From: a virus
Taxonomy: Duplodnaviria; Caudoviricetes
Virus record (IMG/VR): IMGVR_UViG_3300020045_003071
Coordinates: 1 to 46,165 of that record
Length of the DNA: 46,165 bases
Strand: one strand, 5' to 3'
The notes under the pieces are model-generated. The model was not told the origin of the DNA. It ran no database searches and was given only the letters and a program-made list of their open reading frames with translations. Every line of letters starts with the position of its first letter. The first letter of the stretch is position 1. Positions 45,613-46,165 of the stretch are shown here, one piece after another. The translations under genes and the position numbers were made by a program.

Positions 45613-45649
45613 ATACACTCATATCGTGGAGGTTCACGTCTTAATTAGA

Positions 45650-45678
45650 ATTATAATACACAATTAATAATCTGTCAA
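45650..45678 (-). promoter_or_regulatory. Consensus promoter of the capsid operon
   Basis: TTGACA-N17-TATAAT. Confidence 0.85.
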
Positions 45679-45695
45679 GTAAGCTTACGCAGTAC

Positions 45696-46087
45696 CTAGT
45701 ATACTTTTCTCTCTTCTGCCTTAGCAACTAAATGCTTAAGTATCTTCGCTGATTCCTTCTTAAAGAAATCTACTTCAAATGAAGATGGTCTGTTAGCTCC
45801 TCCATTGAAAGGAATAGAACGAGTATCGTATTGTACGAGTCTACTTGCAAACTCACCATCTACTAATTCATGTTCTGCTAGTACTTTAGGAATAAGTAGT
45901 GTATAGATGTTTGTAAGGTCATGTTTGAACATCAGTACCTCTGGGAACTTTGAATAGATGTCTGCCTTAGCAACCATTTCCATTCTGTCTTCAGGAAGAA
46001 TACTACCCATACTCTTAGGAAGAAACTTAGGTACTTTACCTAAACGGAAGTACTTAGCTGGATCATTGTCTCCCATGAACTTCTTTA
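45696..46087 (-). CDS. Hypothetical protein, probably 5'-truncated
   Basis: Frame stays open upstream of the ATG at 46076 into the duplicated tip. Confidence 0.65.
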
Positions 46088-46165
46088 CTTCTGATTCAGG
46101 AGTAACTTGGGACTCGCTGGTTTCAATTCTCTGAGCTGGTTGTACAGGTTCAGGAGACTTATGAT
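46088..46165. repeat. Exact 78-bp copy of 45192..45269
   Basis: Direct comparison of the two segments. Confidence 0.95.

Noticed and set aside
1-46165. Circular closure or direct terminal repeats
   Set aside because: The two ends do not overlap; the end repeat matches an internal site.
1-46165. CRISPR array, tRNA/tmRNA, reverse transcriptase/DGR, integrase
   Set aside because: No repeat-spacer periodicity, cloverleaf, YxDD RT motif or recombinase motif was seen by eye; weak cases could be missed.
1-46165. Alternative genetic code
   Set aside because: Genes are full length in code 11, and TAA, TAG and TGA all act as coupled stops.

Overview
Near-complete, circularly permuted genome of a dsDNA tailed phage with a podovirus-type (P22/T7-like) virion. 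The minus strand carries terS, terL and portal at the left, and scaffold, capsid, two fibre cassettes, adaptor, nozzle and three ejection proteins at the right. The centre holds an early/replication region (Ocr-like mimic, SSB, PD-(D/E)XK nuclease, lambda-O-like initiator with internal iterons), lysis genes, a nucleotide-metabolism cassette, DnaB and four HNH endonucleases. No integrase, repressor, polymerase, tRNA or CRISPR array was recognised. Most genes lack Shine-Dalgarno motifs and many sit 6-9 nt behind near-consensus sigma70 promoters. A Patescibacteria/CPR-like host is plausible but only inferred. The most unusual signals are non-coding: (i) six perfect DnaA boxes, four exactly 9 nt upstream of a -35 hexamer; (ii) two independently promoted, highly structured ~300-380 nt RNAs; (iii) a pseudoknotted leader of the replication operon; (iv) a possible -1 frameshift on SSB; (v) an HNH insertion flanked by a synonymously recoded copy of its target gene's 3' end. 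The last 78 nt duplicate an internal segment and are probably an assembly tip. All calls are by eye from motifs and synteny; no searches or folding programs were run.
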